Shown here: piece by piece, positions 11,620 through 23,445 of the stretch | How the letters are laid out: every line of letters begins with the position of its first letter | Numbering within the stretch: the stretch's first letter is position 1 | Source of the DNA: Felis catus | Taxonomy: Eukaryota | Direction of reading: 5' to 3' | DNA: 64,000 nt | NCBI RefSeq assembly: GCF_018350175.1 | Contig: NC_058382.1 | Coordinates: forward strand, 52,888,001-52,952,000 | Notes under the pieces: model-generated | Databases searched by the model: none | Told to the model about the DNA's origin: nothing | What the model saw: only the letters and a program-made list of their open reading frames with translations | Made by a program: the position numbers and the translations under genes

Positions 11620-12020
11620 ATGAGGGCAGGCATTAGTGATTCGATTTAGCAGAGAAGCCCTGGGTTTGCGCCAATACAAGATGGGTTTGTATCTTTAAGT
11701 GGCCTTTATTACCATAGTAATAAACAGCAACCAGGCCCAAATCTTACAGGCTTGTGTTGGCTTTGACCAATGAAGTAGAACAAGGCCTCTGAATACCCCA
11801 TTAGTTCCAGGCTGTGCTTTGATGGCTCTGCACAGGCAGCTCTTTTTCTCCACAAGTCACCAGCCTTACCCGTGTCTCTGAACAAATGTTGTTGACAGGC
11901 CGAGTTGCAATTTTTCTGCGTGTTCTGACAGTTTAATTCAGTACCTCTTGGCTAAGCACTCAGCCTAAGGGGGTGCTTCAGCACCTTGGCATCACCAGGC
12001 TGCAATTAAAATAATTCAGC
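11620..12020. promoter_or_regulatory. Candidate enhancer block
   Basis: Inverted TTTATTAC/GTAATAAA pair, CTTTGAT at 11817-11823, TGACAG at 11893 and 11926; repeat-free. Confidence 0.35.
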
Positions 12021-13783
12021 GCTGGGGCTGGGCTTGCAGAAATAGTCCTTCTTCCCTTTGGAGCACACAGTGCACTTTCCAGTGTCCCCGTGGAGAAGAT
12101 TCAAGATCTCCCTTTTAGAGTGGAGGGCAGTGGACGTTATTACTAAGACGTCGAGCGGTTCAATGTGCACGTTGTGCCCGGTGGGGCTTTCTCCATGGTG
12201 GCTGAACGTAATTTCTTCGGTAGACTTGGCACCTGTGGAAAGGTCATGGTAGGGGGTGGGAGGGGCGGGGGGCAGAGGGAGTGAGGGAACATGGACGGGG
12301 GTTTGGCAAAGACCAGTTTTAGAAGGCACCCTTCCGAAACAGCAAGTCAGGAATGCTGTCCTTGCCTCTGAATTCTGCGCAGGAAAGATAAATAGATAAG
12401 AGCATCTGAAATTGGCCTCCTTCGAAATGACCTTGAACGAAGAGAGATCCCAAGAGGTGTTTTAGACCCAGATTCAGTGTGGTGTCGCTCCTTAAAGCAA
12501 GACCCTTTCCACATATCAGAGAGATTTGGTTTGTCAGGTGAGGTGCTTTGAACAGATGGAAATTTGGTAAATTCTCCAAAATTACTTTATGATGAGGACC
12601 ATTTGACGGGAATGCGGTTAATTCCGTCTAGGATGGGACCCGGGTGGGAATTTGTATTTTAACAAATGTTCCCTGGTGAGTCTTTTCATTCAGGCCAATG
12701 CAAGAAGTACCAGTGTGAAATAAATGACCACAGAACTTTGTGCTTTCCAGAAAAAGCAAACAATGGAAACTCTCCAAAGGAAATTACCTGAGATGCTTTC
12801 TCATTCTGTCTCTCCTCCGTATTACCTGCCTTAAAAAAAATAAAGTGCCAATATTTAGTTACCCCTTCCTGCATCTACTTTCTGGATGCTTCCTTCTAGA
12901 GGTATGAGAGTTGGAAGAGAAACATGCTTTATGGGTTTGGCTTGCACGAAATAGGGCATCTTGGGAGGGGGGCCATGGAAGACTTTGATGGGTAGAACAA
13001 GTAGACAGTTCTGGAAGACTTATCTGGCGTTGACACTTGACTCAGGACTTCACGGTACACCCCCTCCCCTGTCCCTCCCGTGGATAAGGATGGAAAATGA
13101 ACAAGCAAAACACTGTACTTGAGTGCTTACATTTTCTTTCTTTTTTTTCTTTTTCTTTTTCCTTTCTTTCTTTCTTTCTTTTTTTTTTTTTTTTTTTTAG
13201 GAAACTGGTACAAATTCTGCAATTCGTTCTGAACGTCTCCTCTAAATCCCTTCTGGATAATAATCTGCCCCCCAAAATGAGACTAAAATGCATGCTGTGT
13301 GCCTCATTCAGTTATTTGGTGGCACCTTGTGACTTTAGGCAGGGAGGTGTTCTTCTGCAGAACTTGTCAAACGGGCACCCTGGGTGGGCGGTCCTGTGCA
13401 CCTAAGATCGCCTTCCGTTCTAGAACTTCCATGAATCTGGCTGCTAGTGCTGGATTCTCTGTTAGGGGGTGTGGGAGAATGCCTGCCGTCTCTTGCGTTT
13501 AGCAAACATCATGCTTTCTCAAACTTTTTTAAAGTTGCTGAAAACCTCTGTTGAAGGAAATGGTACGCTGAAGCTTGGTACATGACAGAGGGGTAGAAGA
13601 GATGCTTGAAAGAGCTTGCGGATGGTCTCATTAGAGCATGAGCATGTGCCCGGTGCCTGCCTTGGAAACACCTGGGCACATGGCAGCCGCTCGGTAAAGG
13701 ACTCAAGCCTTTGAGATATAATTCTGAGACCTCAGAGGCTCTGAATCGAAAAGGGCCCATGTGTAAATTTATTTTTTCATCGA

Positions 13784-13975
13784 GGGGCACCTGGGTGGCT
13801 CAGTTGGTTAAGTGTCTGACTTTGGCTCAGGTTATGATCTCACGGTTCATGGGTTCAAAGCCCCGCATCAGGTTCTGTGCTGTCAGTGCGGAGCCTGCTT
13901 CAGCTCCTCTGTCCTCCTCTCTCTCTGCCCCTCCTCCGCTCGCTCCCTCTTTCTCAAAAATAAGCAACTTAAAAA
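13784..13975 (+). mobile_element. Can-SINE (SINEC)
   Basis: GGGGCACCTGGGTGGCTCAGTTGGTTAAG head, CT-rich region, short A tail. Confidence 0.95.
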
Positions 13976-14129
13976 GTTTTTAATTTTGTCAGCAAAGACT
14001 TGAGGAGTCTTTCCAGCTCACTTGTATTGGAGGCATTCGCCAGGAGTGGTACTTTTTTTCTGATCTCTGAAGAGGAAGGGTAAAGGGCAGACTGATCCCT
14101 TGTGATTAGGCTCCCACATTCTGGCTGGT

Positions 14130-14225
14130 ATCTCCTCCTCCTTCTCTCTTCCTCTTTCTCCTCCTCCTCCTTTCTCTCTTCCTCTCCCTCCTCTTCCCCC
14201 CACCTCCTCCTTCTCCTTTTCCATC
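14130..14225. repeat. Polypyrimidine/(CCT)-rich low-complexity tract
   Basis: About 90 bp almost only C/T. Confidence 0.9.
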
Positions 14226-14902
14226 TGGACTGGCCAGCCAAGACCTTGACAGGACAGGCCCGGAGTAAAGGACGACGGGACAAGCTGAGTTTCCTTTGCC
14301 TCTTGGTTTGGGCAGGTTCTCAGCCTACGTTCGTAGGCATCTCCCAACAAAGGCAAATATTCACCTAAGTGGTTAAGTCTCAGAACGTATTTGTTGATCT
14401 CTGCTGAATCTCTCGGACCATTTTCGTCCCTCCTCTGCCTTTCCCTGTGCATTAACCAAGGCCTTGACCTATTGACTACAGAGTCTCTGAAGCAGCTGGA
14501 CTCCCCATTTGAAAGCCTTTCTGAAGAGGCATCTATTAATTTATGTATTTAATTTCTGTATGAAGCGACTGTTCTGCTCCCAGCACAGGTATTAAAGTAC
14601 CTTTAGGGGAATCAGGCAGCTGAAATCCTCCGTAAGGAAAAACGCTCAGAGTGTCACAAAGCAAAAGCATTAGTGGGAAGTGTTCAGAGTGCTGCTAATG
14701 GAGACACTGGGGTCTGCCCCTCCCTGGATTGAAGGCCCTCTTCCCATTTGCTGAGCATGCCCCCATCCCAACCTGGGGAGCCTTAGCTGGAGCACATCAG
14801 CTTCATTACAGTACAGGGGCGACAGCGAGAACTGGGTCCAACTTTGCTAACGGAGTCCATTATTAAGATCTTAACAAATCCAGGAACATTTAAAATTACC
14901 TA

Positions 14903-15028
14903 GGGGTACCTGGGTGGCTCAGTCTGCTAAGCGTCTGACTCTTGGTTTCAGTTCAAGTCATGATCTCACAGTTCATGAGTTCGAGCCCTGAGTCAGGCTT
15001 GGCACTGACAGTGTAGAGCCTGCTTGGG

Positions 15029-15074
<46 letters not shown>

Positions 15075-15137
15075 CCTCCCTGGCTTGCTCTGTGTCAGTC
15101 CCTCTCTTTCAAACAGTAAATAAATAAACATAAAAAA
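14903..15137 (+). mobile_element. Can-SINE (SINEC)
   Basis: Head, (CT)n run, tail; TSD core AAATTACCT on both sides. Confidence 0.95.
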
Positions 15138-15683
15138 GTTAAATTACCTGGGAAGTCCAGCTACAGACTAGGTATTCATAAAAAGGTTTTGTTTTTCTTT
15201 GTTAGTACCAGATGTATTATTTAAACAATTAAATCCATCATAGACATTCATTTCTGTATGGCCCAGAAAAGTGGTTAAGGTGGACTGGAAATCAGAGCTC
15301 CCTGTCCGAGCACCAATATTTTGCTGACATCAGACACATGTCTACACATCTGCCTACACACATCCCTTTGTAGGACATACCAGGTGGTCCTGTCCTGTAG
15401 GTGAAGAGTTCCTTAATTGAAAATCATGTGTGAAATTCCAAGAGGGAAGCCCCTGAATGGGGTGATTCAGGCTTTGGAGTCCACAAACCTTCCTGAAAAG
15501 GTAGGAACAGCCTTTCGAGGCCACCTTTTTTTGCTGGAAAAACAGCCTTGCCCAAGACATCAGAAATTTTGCTGTTTCACTCCTGTGAGCCTTCAAAGCT
15601 AGAATTAAAAGATGCCCCACTCTCACAAGTGGCAGCTACTCTGGGGCATGGTTTCCAAACCCTGAAAAATAATGAAAAACAAA

Positions 15684-15903
15684 TTTTTTTTAATTTTTTT
15701 GTTACATTTATTTATTTTTGAAAGACAGAGTGAGACAGAGCACGAGTGGAGGAGGGGCAGAGAGCGAGGGAGACACAGCATCCGAAGCAGGCTCCAAGCT
15801 CTGAGCTGTCAGCACAGAGCCCAGTGCGGGGCTCGAACCCACTGTGAGATCGTGACCTGAGCCGAAGTCAGACACTTAACCAACTGAGCCACCCAGGCGC
15901 CCC
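15684..15903 (-). mobile_element. Can-SINE (SINEC)
   Basis: Ends CAACTGAGCCACCCAGGCGCCCC; T-rich tail at left. Confidence 0.96.
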
Positions 15904-16659
15904 TGAAAATTTTTTTAAAAAATGGAGTAACATAGGGATGCCTGCATCTTATTGGGGGGATGTAATTTCCACAAAATCTCAGTTATCTGCTATAAACATT
16001 ATTGCATAAGACACATCATTCTCCCCAACATTGTGAAAATTCACAAACATACATCAAAGTCGAAAAAATTTTACAGTGAAAGGCCGTTAACATTTTACTC
16101 TCACTGTTTTATCATGCATTTATCCATCCATTCAGCCGTCTTATAATAAAACAATGTTTTAATGCAGAAAAGAGAAAGGACATAATCTCAGCATAGAATA
16201 CAGTTCTTTCCTAAGAAAAGTCAGTTAACTTGACATCAGTATCTACACGTTTAAATATCTATACACACATGTGCACCTGTGTAAATGCCCATGTGTATAC
16301 ACATATGTATATATACATATTTGAACGCATATACACGTGTATGAACGTGTGAAATACACATATGTATATACACGTATTTTAAAACTCATCTCATTCTTTA
16401 AATCCCTGTGTCTCTGTTGATCGATGAAACAAAGTCACTGCCCCAGCATCAGTGGTTCTCAGAGAGTCACTTTGGGACCCGCTGAAAATCGACCAAAAAT
16501 ATATGCTGCTAGTTCATTAAAGGATTCTAGGGTGTTCCAATACTTCCCTTTCATGAAGTCCCCACTTCCCCAGGATTAGCAGTGACAGGCATACAAGGGC
16601 CCCAAGTAATGGAAGTCTGCTGGAGTTTCTCACAGTTAAAAGGAACTTCTTTCCTTATA

Positions 16660-16816
16660 TTGAAAACAATTTATGTTTATTGTTGAAAAGGTAGAAGACG
16701 GGCACCTGGGTGGCTCAGTTGGTTAAGTGTCTGACTCGATTTCAGCTCAGAGCCTGGAGCCTGCTTCGGATTCTGTGTCTCCCTCTTTCTCTGTCCCTCC
16801 CCCACATGCACTCTCC

Positions 16817-16876
<60 letters not shown>

Positions 16877-17270
16877 ATAAATAAAAAGTAAACTTGAAAA
16901 GGTAGAAGGTACAGGTAAGCAAACTTAGCAAAAGTAGAACAGTCATAATCTCAAAACTCAGAGAAAAGGATGTTAACTCTACATTCATATGCATGCCCAG
17001 AGCTATAGCCCTATCTTTATCTGTATTCATATCTATCTATGCTTTTACCCCAATCCACTTTAATATTTAAACCTCTATATTAAGATATTAATATAAGGCA
17101 CATATAGCTACTCTTAGTTTCACACACACACACACAAAACCAGGATTATATTGTACATAATTCTATATCACCTGAATTCTTTTGTTACCAGGATGTTGTA
17201 AATATCTTTCTATGCCAGTAAATATTATCCCGCCATCATTTCCAGGGGTCCCTCGTATCCCATTATGCAA
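16660..17270 (-). mobile_element. Old L1M (L1ME-like) 3' fragment interrupted by a SINE
   Basis: CATAATCTCAAAACTCAGAG...GGATTATATTGTACATA...ATATCTTTCTATGCCAGTAAA resembles a reversed old L1 3' UTR. Confidence 0.55.
16700..16893 (+). mobile_element. Can-SINE with internal deletion
   Basis: TSD TTGAAAAGGTAGAAG at 16683-16697 and 16894-16908; B-box segment missing. Confidence 0.95.
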
Positions 17271-17292
17271 TCTTCAGTGATTAGTTTAAACT

Positions 17293-17474
17293 AACGGCCC
17301 TCAAAGTGTGGCCGTTCCAGGATCAGCATCAGCAGGAGTACCTGGGAACTTGTTAGAAATACCGATTCTCAGGCTCCTACCCATAGACCTATTGAGAGCA
17401 GAATTGGGGCCACAATCTGTGTTTAAACAAGCCCTCCAGGGGACTCTGGGGAGTGCTAACGTTTGGAAACACTC
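17293..17474. mobile_element. MER5A hAT-Charlie MITE, near full length
   Basis: CTCAAAGTGTGG...CAGCATCAGC...CCTGGGAACTTGTTAGAAA...TAAACAAGCCCTCCAGG...GTTTGGAAACACT. Confidence 0.85.
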
Positions 17475-18909
17475 TTGAACAAACTTCTCTTCCCTAGTGA
17501 TTCTTAGGGGAGCACATTCCGAATCTTTGGCCCGGAACTTGCAACTTTTACCTGTGCTCACTACAGTCCGGGGGAGGAATCTTTAGAATTCAGACTCTTA
17601 CAAGTCATGCCCACTGACTTCTCATGAAGAGTGCAGTCCTTCTTCACCTCTAAATTCTACTGACTTAATCTAGATTAAGGGATTCAAGGATTAACTTGGG
17701 GCATCTGCAAAGACCTTGCCATTTTGTGCAACATTTGAAATCTGAGTGCATTTCTCTAGGGAAAAGTATACCTACCAGATTTTCAAAAAGCCCATGACCC
17801 TAAGAAGACTTTTTATTTGTTATCTTTTTTCCTATGTTTGCTGTTGTGTTTCTCCCCAGTTAGGTCAGGGAATAAAGGAGAAGCGATCTACTCGGGGGGT
17901 CCGTGGGCACGGTGCCCAAGCAACATGCGGAATGGTGACTTTTCCCCTTTTTCATCTTTTAGTTGGTCCAAAGACCAGCCTTCCGTATCTTTTCTGGAGC
18001 ACGTATTTCCCATTCTCCAGATCTCCGGCTTAGCCCTACCCTGACCCCTTGTAGTAGGTGAGATGTGCATTTTTAGGCCCCGGGTGAAAATAGAATCTTT
18101 CCCCGTCTTTCACATCTTTTCAGACTTGAGACGGGTCGGGAGGACTGGGGGCCCAAGTGAAGGCCAAGAAAACAGAGCGGGCAGAGCGATCCTGCAGAAT
18201 AAGAAAAGGAAGCGAAGGAGTTCCTTTTAGTTGTTCACCTTCCCCTCCACACGTGGGGTCCAGAGAGGCCGCCCACATGGCTGAGTTGCATGCCGAATGC
18301 AGAGCTAACCGCATACCGGGCCACTGCAGCCGACCCAAAGGAAGGAGGAGGGTGGGACTGAGTGACCACGAGGTCCAGGTGTCTTCAGGAGGAGAGATCG
18401 TCCAGGCTGGACGATCAGATGTGCTTTGTATGCACAGATGTGCTTTGTATGCGGAGTCGAAGGACCCGGCCATTTTCATCGCCTCGAAAGCCAGTATCTT
18501 AAAATTTGCCAGTCTGTGTTAAATACTTTGCTTTTCTCAGCAACGTCACCCTTCCTCGTTCTCCCCAGTCAGCCTGGCGTGAGCTTGGCTGGGATGCAAG
18601 GTCAGGCCATGACTTGTGTGTGTACGTGTGTGTGTGCGTGCATACATGCACGTCTTCCAAGTACTCTGGGACTCTTGACGGTGTATGACATACAGCGTCG
18701 AGTCGGGGGCACTTCTAGTCTCAGATCTGTGTCGGGACGCTGGGTACGACCGTGCCAGGCCTAAACGTACCCTTCTGTTCCCCTTTCCCCTCTTCTCCCA
18801 AGAGGACGTGTGCACCGGGCTGGCCACCGACACTGATACGTGTTCCCCAGTCTCTCAGTTCCTATTGAGCTCCTGTAACTTTAAAAAGATTTAACAAAGA
18901 CCACCTCCA

Positions 18910-19270
18910 CCAGCTAAGCTGAAATAAGAATGTCTCCGGAGTTTAATGGATCAAGTAGCGGTGATAGGTTTTATGGCTCTTTTTCACTTTAGGGCATAGG
19001 GAAGAGAGAGCCGGGCAGGTTGGTTTTAAATTCAAGGATTTATGTTGTTAATCCTCCGGGCTAATTATAATTTATGGGATCTTGGCAAATTAATATGCGG
19101 TTGCTATTCAAAAGTGGAGAGCAATGTGAGACAGGCATAAACAAGCCTTGTTCATTTTTAATTTATTTCCACCAATGGAGAATATTAAATAAAATGAACA
19201 CTAGGGTATTTCGCTCTGAGTTTGGTGTTCATTATTTATCTCTAAATGATGAAATTCATAGAACAACTCC
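18910..19270. promoter_or_regulatory. Candidate conserved enhancer (HOX/CDX motif cluster)
   Basis: TTTAATGG 18942, TTTTATGG 18969, TTTATG 19039, TAATCC 19049, TTTATGG 19071, CATAAA 19136 in repeat-free AT-rich DNA. Confidence 0.4.
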
Positions 19271-21054
19271 TTGTTTTTTCACCAAGAACCCAGAAATAGG
19301 GAGCGATCGCATCCGGATGAGTAGGAGGCAATCATAGTAATTCTCTCTGCTGCGTTCAGGAGGGACTCAACAATACGTGCATGGTTATGGAGGTTTTCCA
19401 AGCAGCATGTTGGTGGGGTCCAAAAGTTGGCCTTGCGCACATCAGGATGGTCTAGAAACAAATAGAGTGGGATGGGAGCTTAAAATCTAAGAAATGAGGG
19501 TAATGTGGGCGCCCGCCCTCCAAAGCAAGGACGCCAGCCCTTTATGCCTGGAGGGCTTTGGAAAATCCCAGTGTACTGCTAGCCCACTGGACGCTGCTCA
19601 GGGTATGGACCCATCATAGGACTTTCAGACTTGATCACAGCGATCTCATTGAACCCAGGACTCTCATCGCATCAGCATCCCCGATGGCTGTTTCCGGAGT
19701 TCTCATGCCAAGACTTCAGCTTCTCACCCAGAAGCAACTGGCAGGAGATCTTCAGCGATTGGCCACCATGCGGCCGATGGGTTCCATCTGACCTGGCAAC
19801 CTGTTGCTCCACTAGAAACCAGAATGCGTACCTTTCTATCCCCCCTCCACCAGCTCCCCGTCTCACTCTTTTCCCTCCCCCCGCCTCTGTCCTCTTCGCT
19901 CCAGCTGGGAGAGGCCGGCACAGGCTGCTTGGAGTGCTGTGGAAGCCTTGAGCTCTGAGCCTAAGAAGCAAGTTGGAGTCCTCCCCCCAGCTGTGCAGCT
20001 CAGATAACAGCTGGAGCAGAGAACAGACTGTTCTCTCTGCTAGAATATCTGACCCAGTTCTGGCTGGCAAAGAGACTGAATGGCTGGTACCCCAAGTCGT
20101 TCTCCTCCCGGTGTGAAGGGAGAGAAGCAGTCATTCCTCTCCACACTCCGCCCCCCACCCCGCCCCGACACACACTCCATTCCAACCCCTTCTCTCTCGA
20201 CCACACTTTCTGCATTGCTGTTACGCTCCTGTTTTGTCTTCTTGTCGGCAGAAAAATGAGGACCCTTTTCAACAATTCTGAAGAAGAGATGGGGTGTTTC
20301 GCTTTGAGAGGGAGGCTAGCATGGAAAGGCAAGGATTTCTGGATTCTGACAGGTCCCAAATCCAGTCCCTCCCTGTGCCTTCGGTCAGATGGGTGTTGTC
20401 GGGCGAGTGACCTGACTTCCCTGAGCTTTGGCCATAAGTGACCTGAGAACACCGTTGTTGGTCTTGGGGATTGTTATGAGAAACAGGATATCGAGAAGCA
20501 CCTGGCCCATTGTCTACCCTCGACATGGTCAAGAAATGGTAGCGCTGTTCCCTTATGTCCCCACCGTGTACATAAGAAGTTCCCAGCAAGTATGTGTAGA
20601 ACCGAGTAGACCAGAAGAGACGGCGTGTACCTTTAGTGCTCAGAGAGGATCATAGATGCCTTGACTCTCGGAAGGTATCCCAAGGCTTGGTGGCAGTGAG
20701 TAAATGTGACAAATCATGTAAATATCCCCCACTGCCGTTGGTTCATGCGTCTTTGTGATATGAACAAGGATTCATGATTTATAAGCAGCCTGGCATTGGG
20801 ACATGGAAGTCTCTCGGTACCTGAAGATTTTTTTCTTCGTTGTTGTCTGTCAGGTTTTATTTTTGTTTGGGAAAACAGCAGGAAATCCAGCCCTCGTATT
20901 GACAGAGCACCTGGCTTCGCAGGAGTTTCTTTTTCAGAAGGTCTTTAGCTTAATCATTTACTGGCGAGAAGATACTCCATTTTCTGTATTATTTAGGAAT
21001 GAAAATTTAAGCCTGCCTGAGATCATGTACTCAGTACATTCTATAGTAGTTTGA

Positions 21055-21275
21055 TTTTTTTAATGTTTATTTAGTTATTTTGACAGAGAGAGACAGAGAC
21101 AGAGAGAAAACAAGTGGGGAAGGGGCAGAGAGAGGGGGAGAGAGAGAGTCCCAAGCAGTCTCCACACTATTAGCACAGAGCCCAACTCGGGCCTCGAACC
21201 CACGAACCATGAGGTCATGACCTGAGCTGAAATCAAGAGTCAGACACTTAGCTAACTGAGCCACCCAGGCGCCCC
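21055..21275 (-). mobile_element. Can-SINE (SINEC)
   Basis: Ends CTGAGCCACCCAGGCGCCCC; degenerate TSD CTATAGTAG/CTATATTAC. Confidence 0.95.
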
Positions 21276-22126
21276 CTATATTACTTTTGGTTCGTTAATC
21301 AATGGTTATCAGGGTTTTCCTTTTTTAAGTACTTTTCTGAAGGAGCATAATGTAGGACTAATCCCAGAAATTTAAAAATAAATAAATAAATAATAGCAAT
21401 CCTGCAAAGTCCTAAAAGAAAGGCAGTTGATGACTTCCGGGACAAAGCAGCATGGGTAATGTCCAGGCAAGGGGGACAGAAGACCAAGGTGTCACAGTGG
21501 CACAAGTGTGCAATCTCATCATATAACAGAGTTTCGTCCAGAGAACATTTATCGTTTTCATTTATTGACCACAAGTTCCCAAAGACCCAGGGCCTGATAA
21601 GGTACAGATTTGTGCAATAGCCTCCATCCTGAATTCAGATTCTAGTCCCACCCGTGAGCCATCAACTCAAGCTCTGTAACTAGGTCAAGCTAATCAGGCC
21701 CCTCTCTTCTTGAGGAGGGATGGTCTCGTCGGACCCTGTGAGGCACCTCCCACCTTCTGTCTGGCGGGTGACCCAGTGAGCTCCCCAGCCATTCACCGAT
21801 GCTCAGACTTGCCTCTGCCCAGGACTGGACACAGCACAGGTTTAGTGTGAGACTCTTCCCTCCATGTCTCCTTCTTAGCTTGCTACCACCTTGATTAAAG
21901 GTATCACCTTTAAATCACTAGCCCCTCCTTCCTCTTTGTTATTGGTACACATCAAAATCAAGGATTTTGGTTCAAGTCGACTGGCCCATCAAAAGCGTTC
22001 TCTATTTGACTTACAGGTAGGAAATCATCTTGGTAAATAAAGCAAGTTCTCTGATGTCAAGGCCCCGTCCCCTTAATGCTGAGTATTAGTGAAGCTCATG
22101 ACGGACCCCAGGAGTGAAAGAGACGA

Positions 22127-22469
22127 TGCAACGGCTGAATGTTGTTTCCCCGCAAAAACTCATGTGTTGAAACCTACCCTCTAATGTGATGGTCCAAGAA
22201 GGTGGAGCCTTTTAGGGGTAATCAGGTTCTGGGGGCAGAACCCTCATGAGTAAGATTAATGCCATAGAAAAGAGGCTTGAGAGAGATCCCTTGCCGCCCA
22301 CCGTGTGGACACTGAGAAGTCTGCGACCCCAAAGTGGACCCTTTACCCAACCATGGTGGTGTTCTGATCTGGGACTTCCAGCCTCCAGAGCTGTGACAAA
22401 TACAACTCTCTTGTTTATAAGCCACCCAGTCCATGGTATTTTTTTTACAGCAGTGCAAAGGGAGAGCAC
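22127..22469 (+). mobile_element. MLT1A-like MaLR solo LTR
   Basis: TG...GGCTGAATGTTG...GTTGAAACCTA...GGACTTCCAGCCTCCAGAGCTGTGA...GTTTATAAGCCACCCAGTC. Confidence 0.85.
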
Positions 22470-22834
22470 TGGTGGGCCCTTTTACTCTGCCGTTTGCCTG
22501 GGCCCGGGACACTTTTCTGGGCGATGTCCAGCTATGGAACACCTTCTATCCGGGGGTTTCCAGCTTCCCAGCTGCCTGCTTTTCTTGTGACCCCTTTTCC
22601 TCTGCGACTTCTTCAATGGGTGCTCTCTATACACTTTCCCCGGAAAAACAGGAGCAAAGCATCACCCTTCCGCCAACAAAATATTTCTGATCGTTGGTAC
22701 CTCGGTTTTATTCTTCACTCTCCCACTACATAAAAGACTTAAAAAAAAAAAAAAAGAGCCCTTGCACGAATGTTTGCACATCATTTAAATATTCATTTCC
22801 ATTAATTTATTCATGGTTGTAAAGTTTATTACCT

Positions 22835-23010
22835 AGAATATAGAGCCATAGAATTTTAGAGCCAGAAGACACGAGAGAAATCCTCTGGTCCCGGCTCCTC
22901 GTTTTACAGATGAGGAAACTGAGGTGAGGCGCGCGCAGGCAGCCGCGCAAGGTCAAATGCTGAAGGGCAGGCCCTGGGAGGCCCGCCCTCACGGCTTCAC
23001 AGTCGGGCCT
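22835..23010 (-). mobile_element. MIR fragment (GC-enriched)
   Basis: TTTTACAGATGAGGAAACTGAGG reverse MIR core at about 22902-22924. Confidence 0.8.
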
Positions 23011-23272
23011 CGGCCGAAGGCACTTGTGTGTAGCTGAAAGCCATCTTGCTCCCCCTGGCCCGGACAGGCTCGTTTCTGTGCCCTCTCCTGTTTTGTCGTT
23101 CTCTGTCAAGCACGTGTCGAGTGCCAGCACGGTGCTCGGTGCGGCGGTGAGGGACGCGGAGCTCGCCGGCGAGTGGGGCCGCGAAGCTAAGCGTGCACAA
23201 GTGTGATTACAAAGTGTGATAAGGGCTCCAAAGGAAATAAACAAGGTCTGTGTGGAGAACAGAGGCGGGAGG

Positions 23273-23445
23273 TGTCTCAGTCGGACTCCTGTAACAGGGG
23301 ACCACAGACCGGGTGGCTTGTAAACAACAGAATTTATTGCCTTGCGGTTCTGGAGACTGGAAGTGCGACTCTCTTCTTCCAGGTGCAGGCTGTCTACTTC
23401 TCCTGTGTCCCCACATGGCAGAAGGGGCGAGGGAGGTCTCTGGGG
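23273..23445 (-). mobile_element. MLT1 LTR fragment
   Basis: ACCACAGACCGGGTGGCTTGTAAACAACAGAATTTATT...TTCTGGAGACTGGAAGT. Confidence 0.8.

Noticed and set aside
13130..13260. Long polypyrimidine tract ending in TTTAG as an exon acceptor
   Set aside because: (CTTT)n/T simple repeat; no convincing donor or coding frame downstream
14018..14452. Glu/Gly/Arg-rich ORFs
   Set aside because: Products of the (CCT)-rich low-complexity tract
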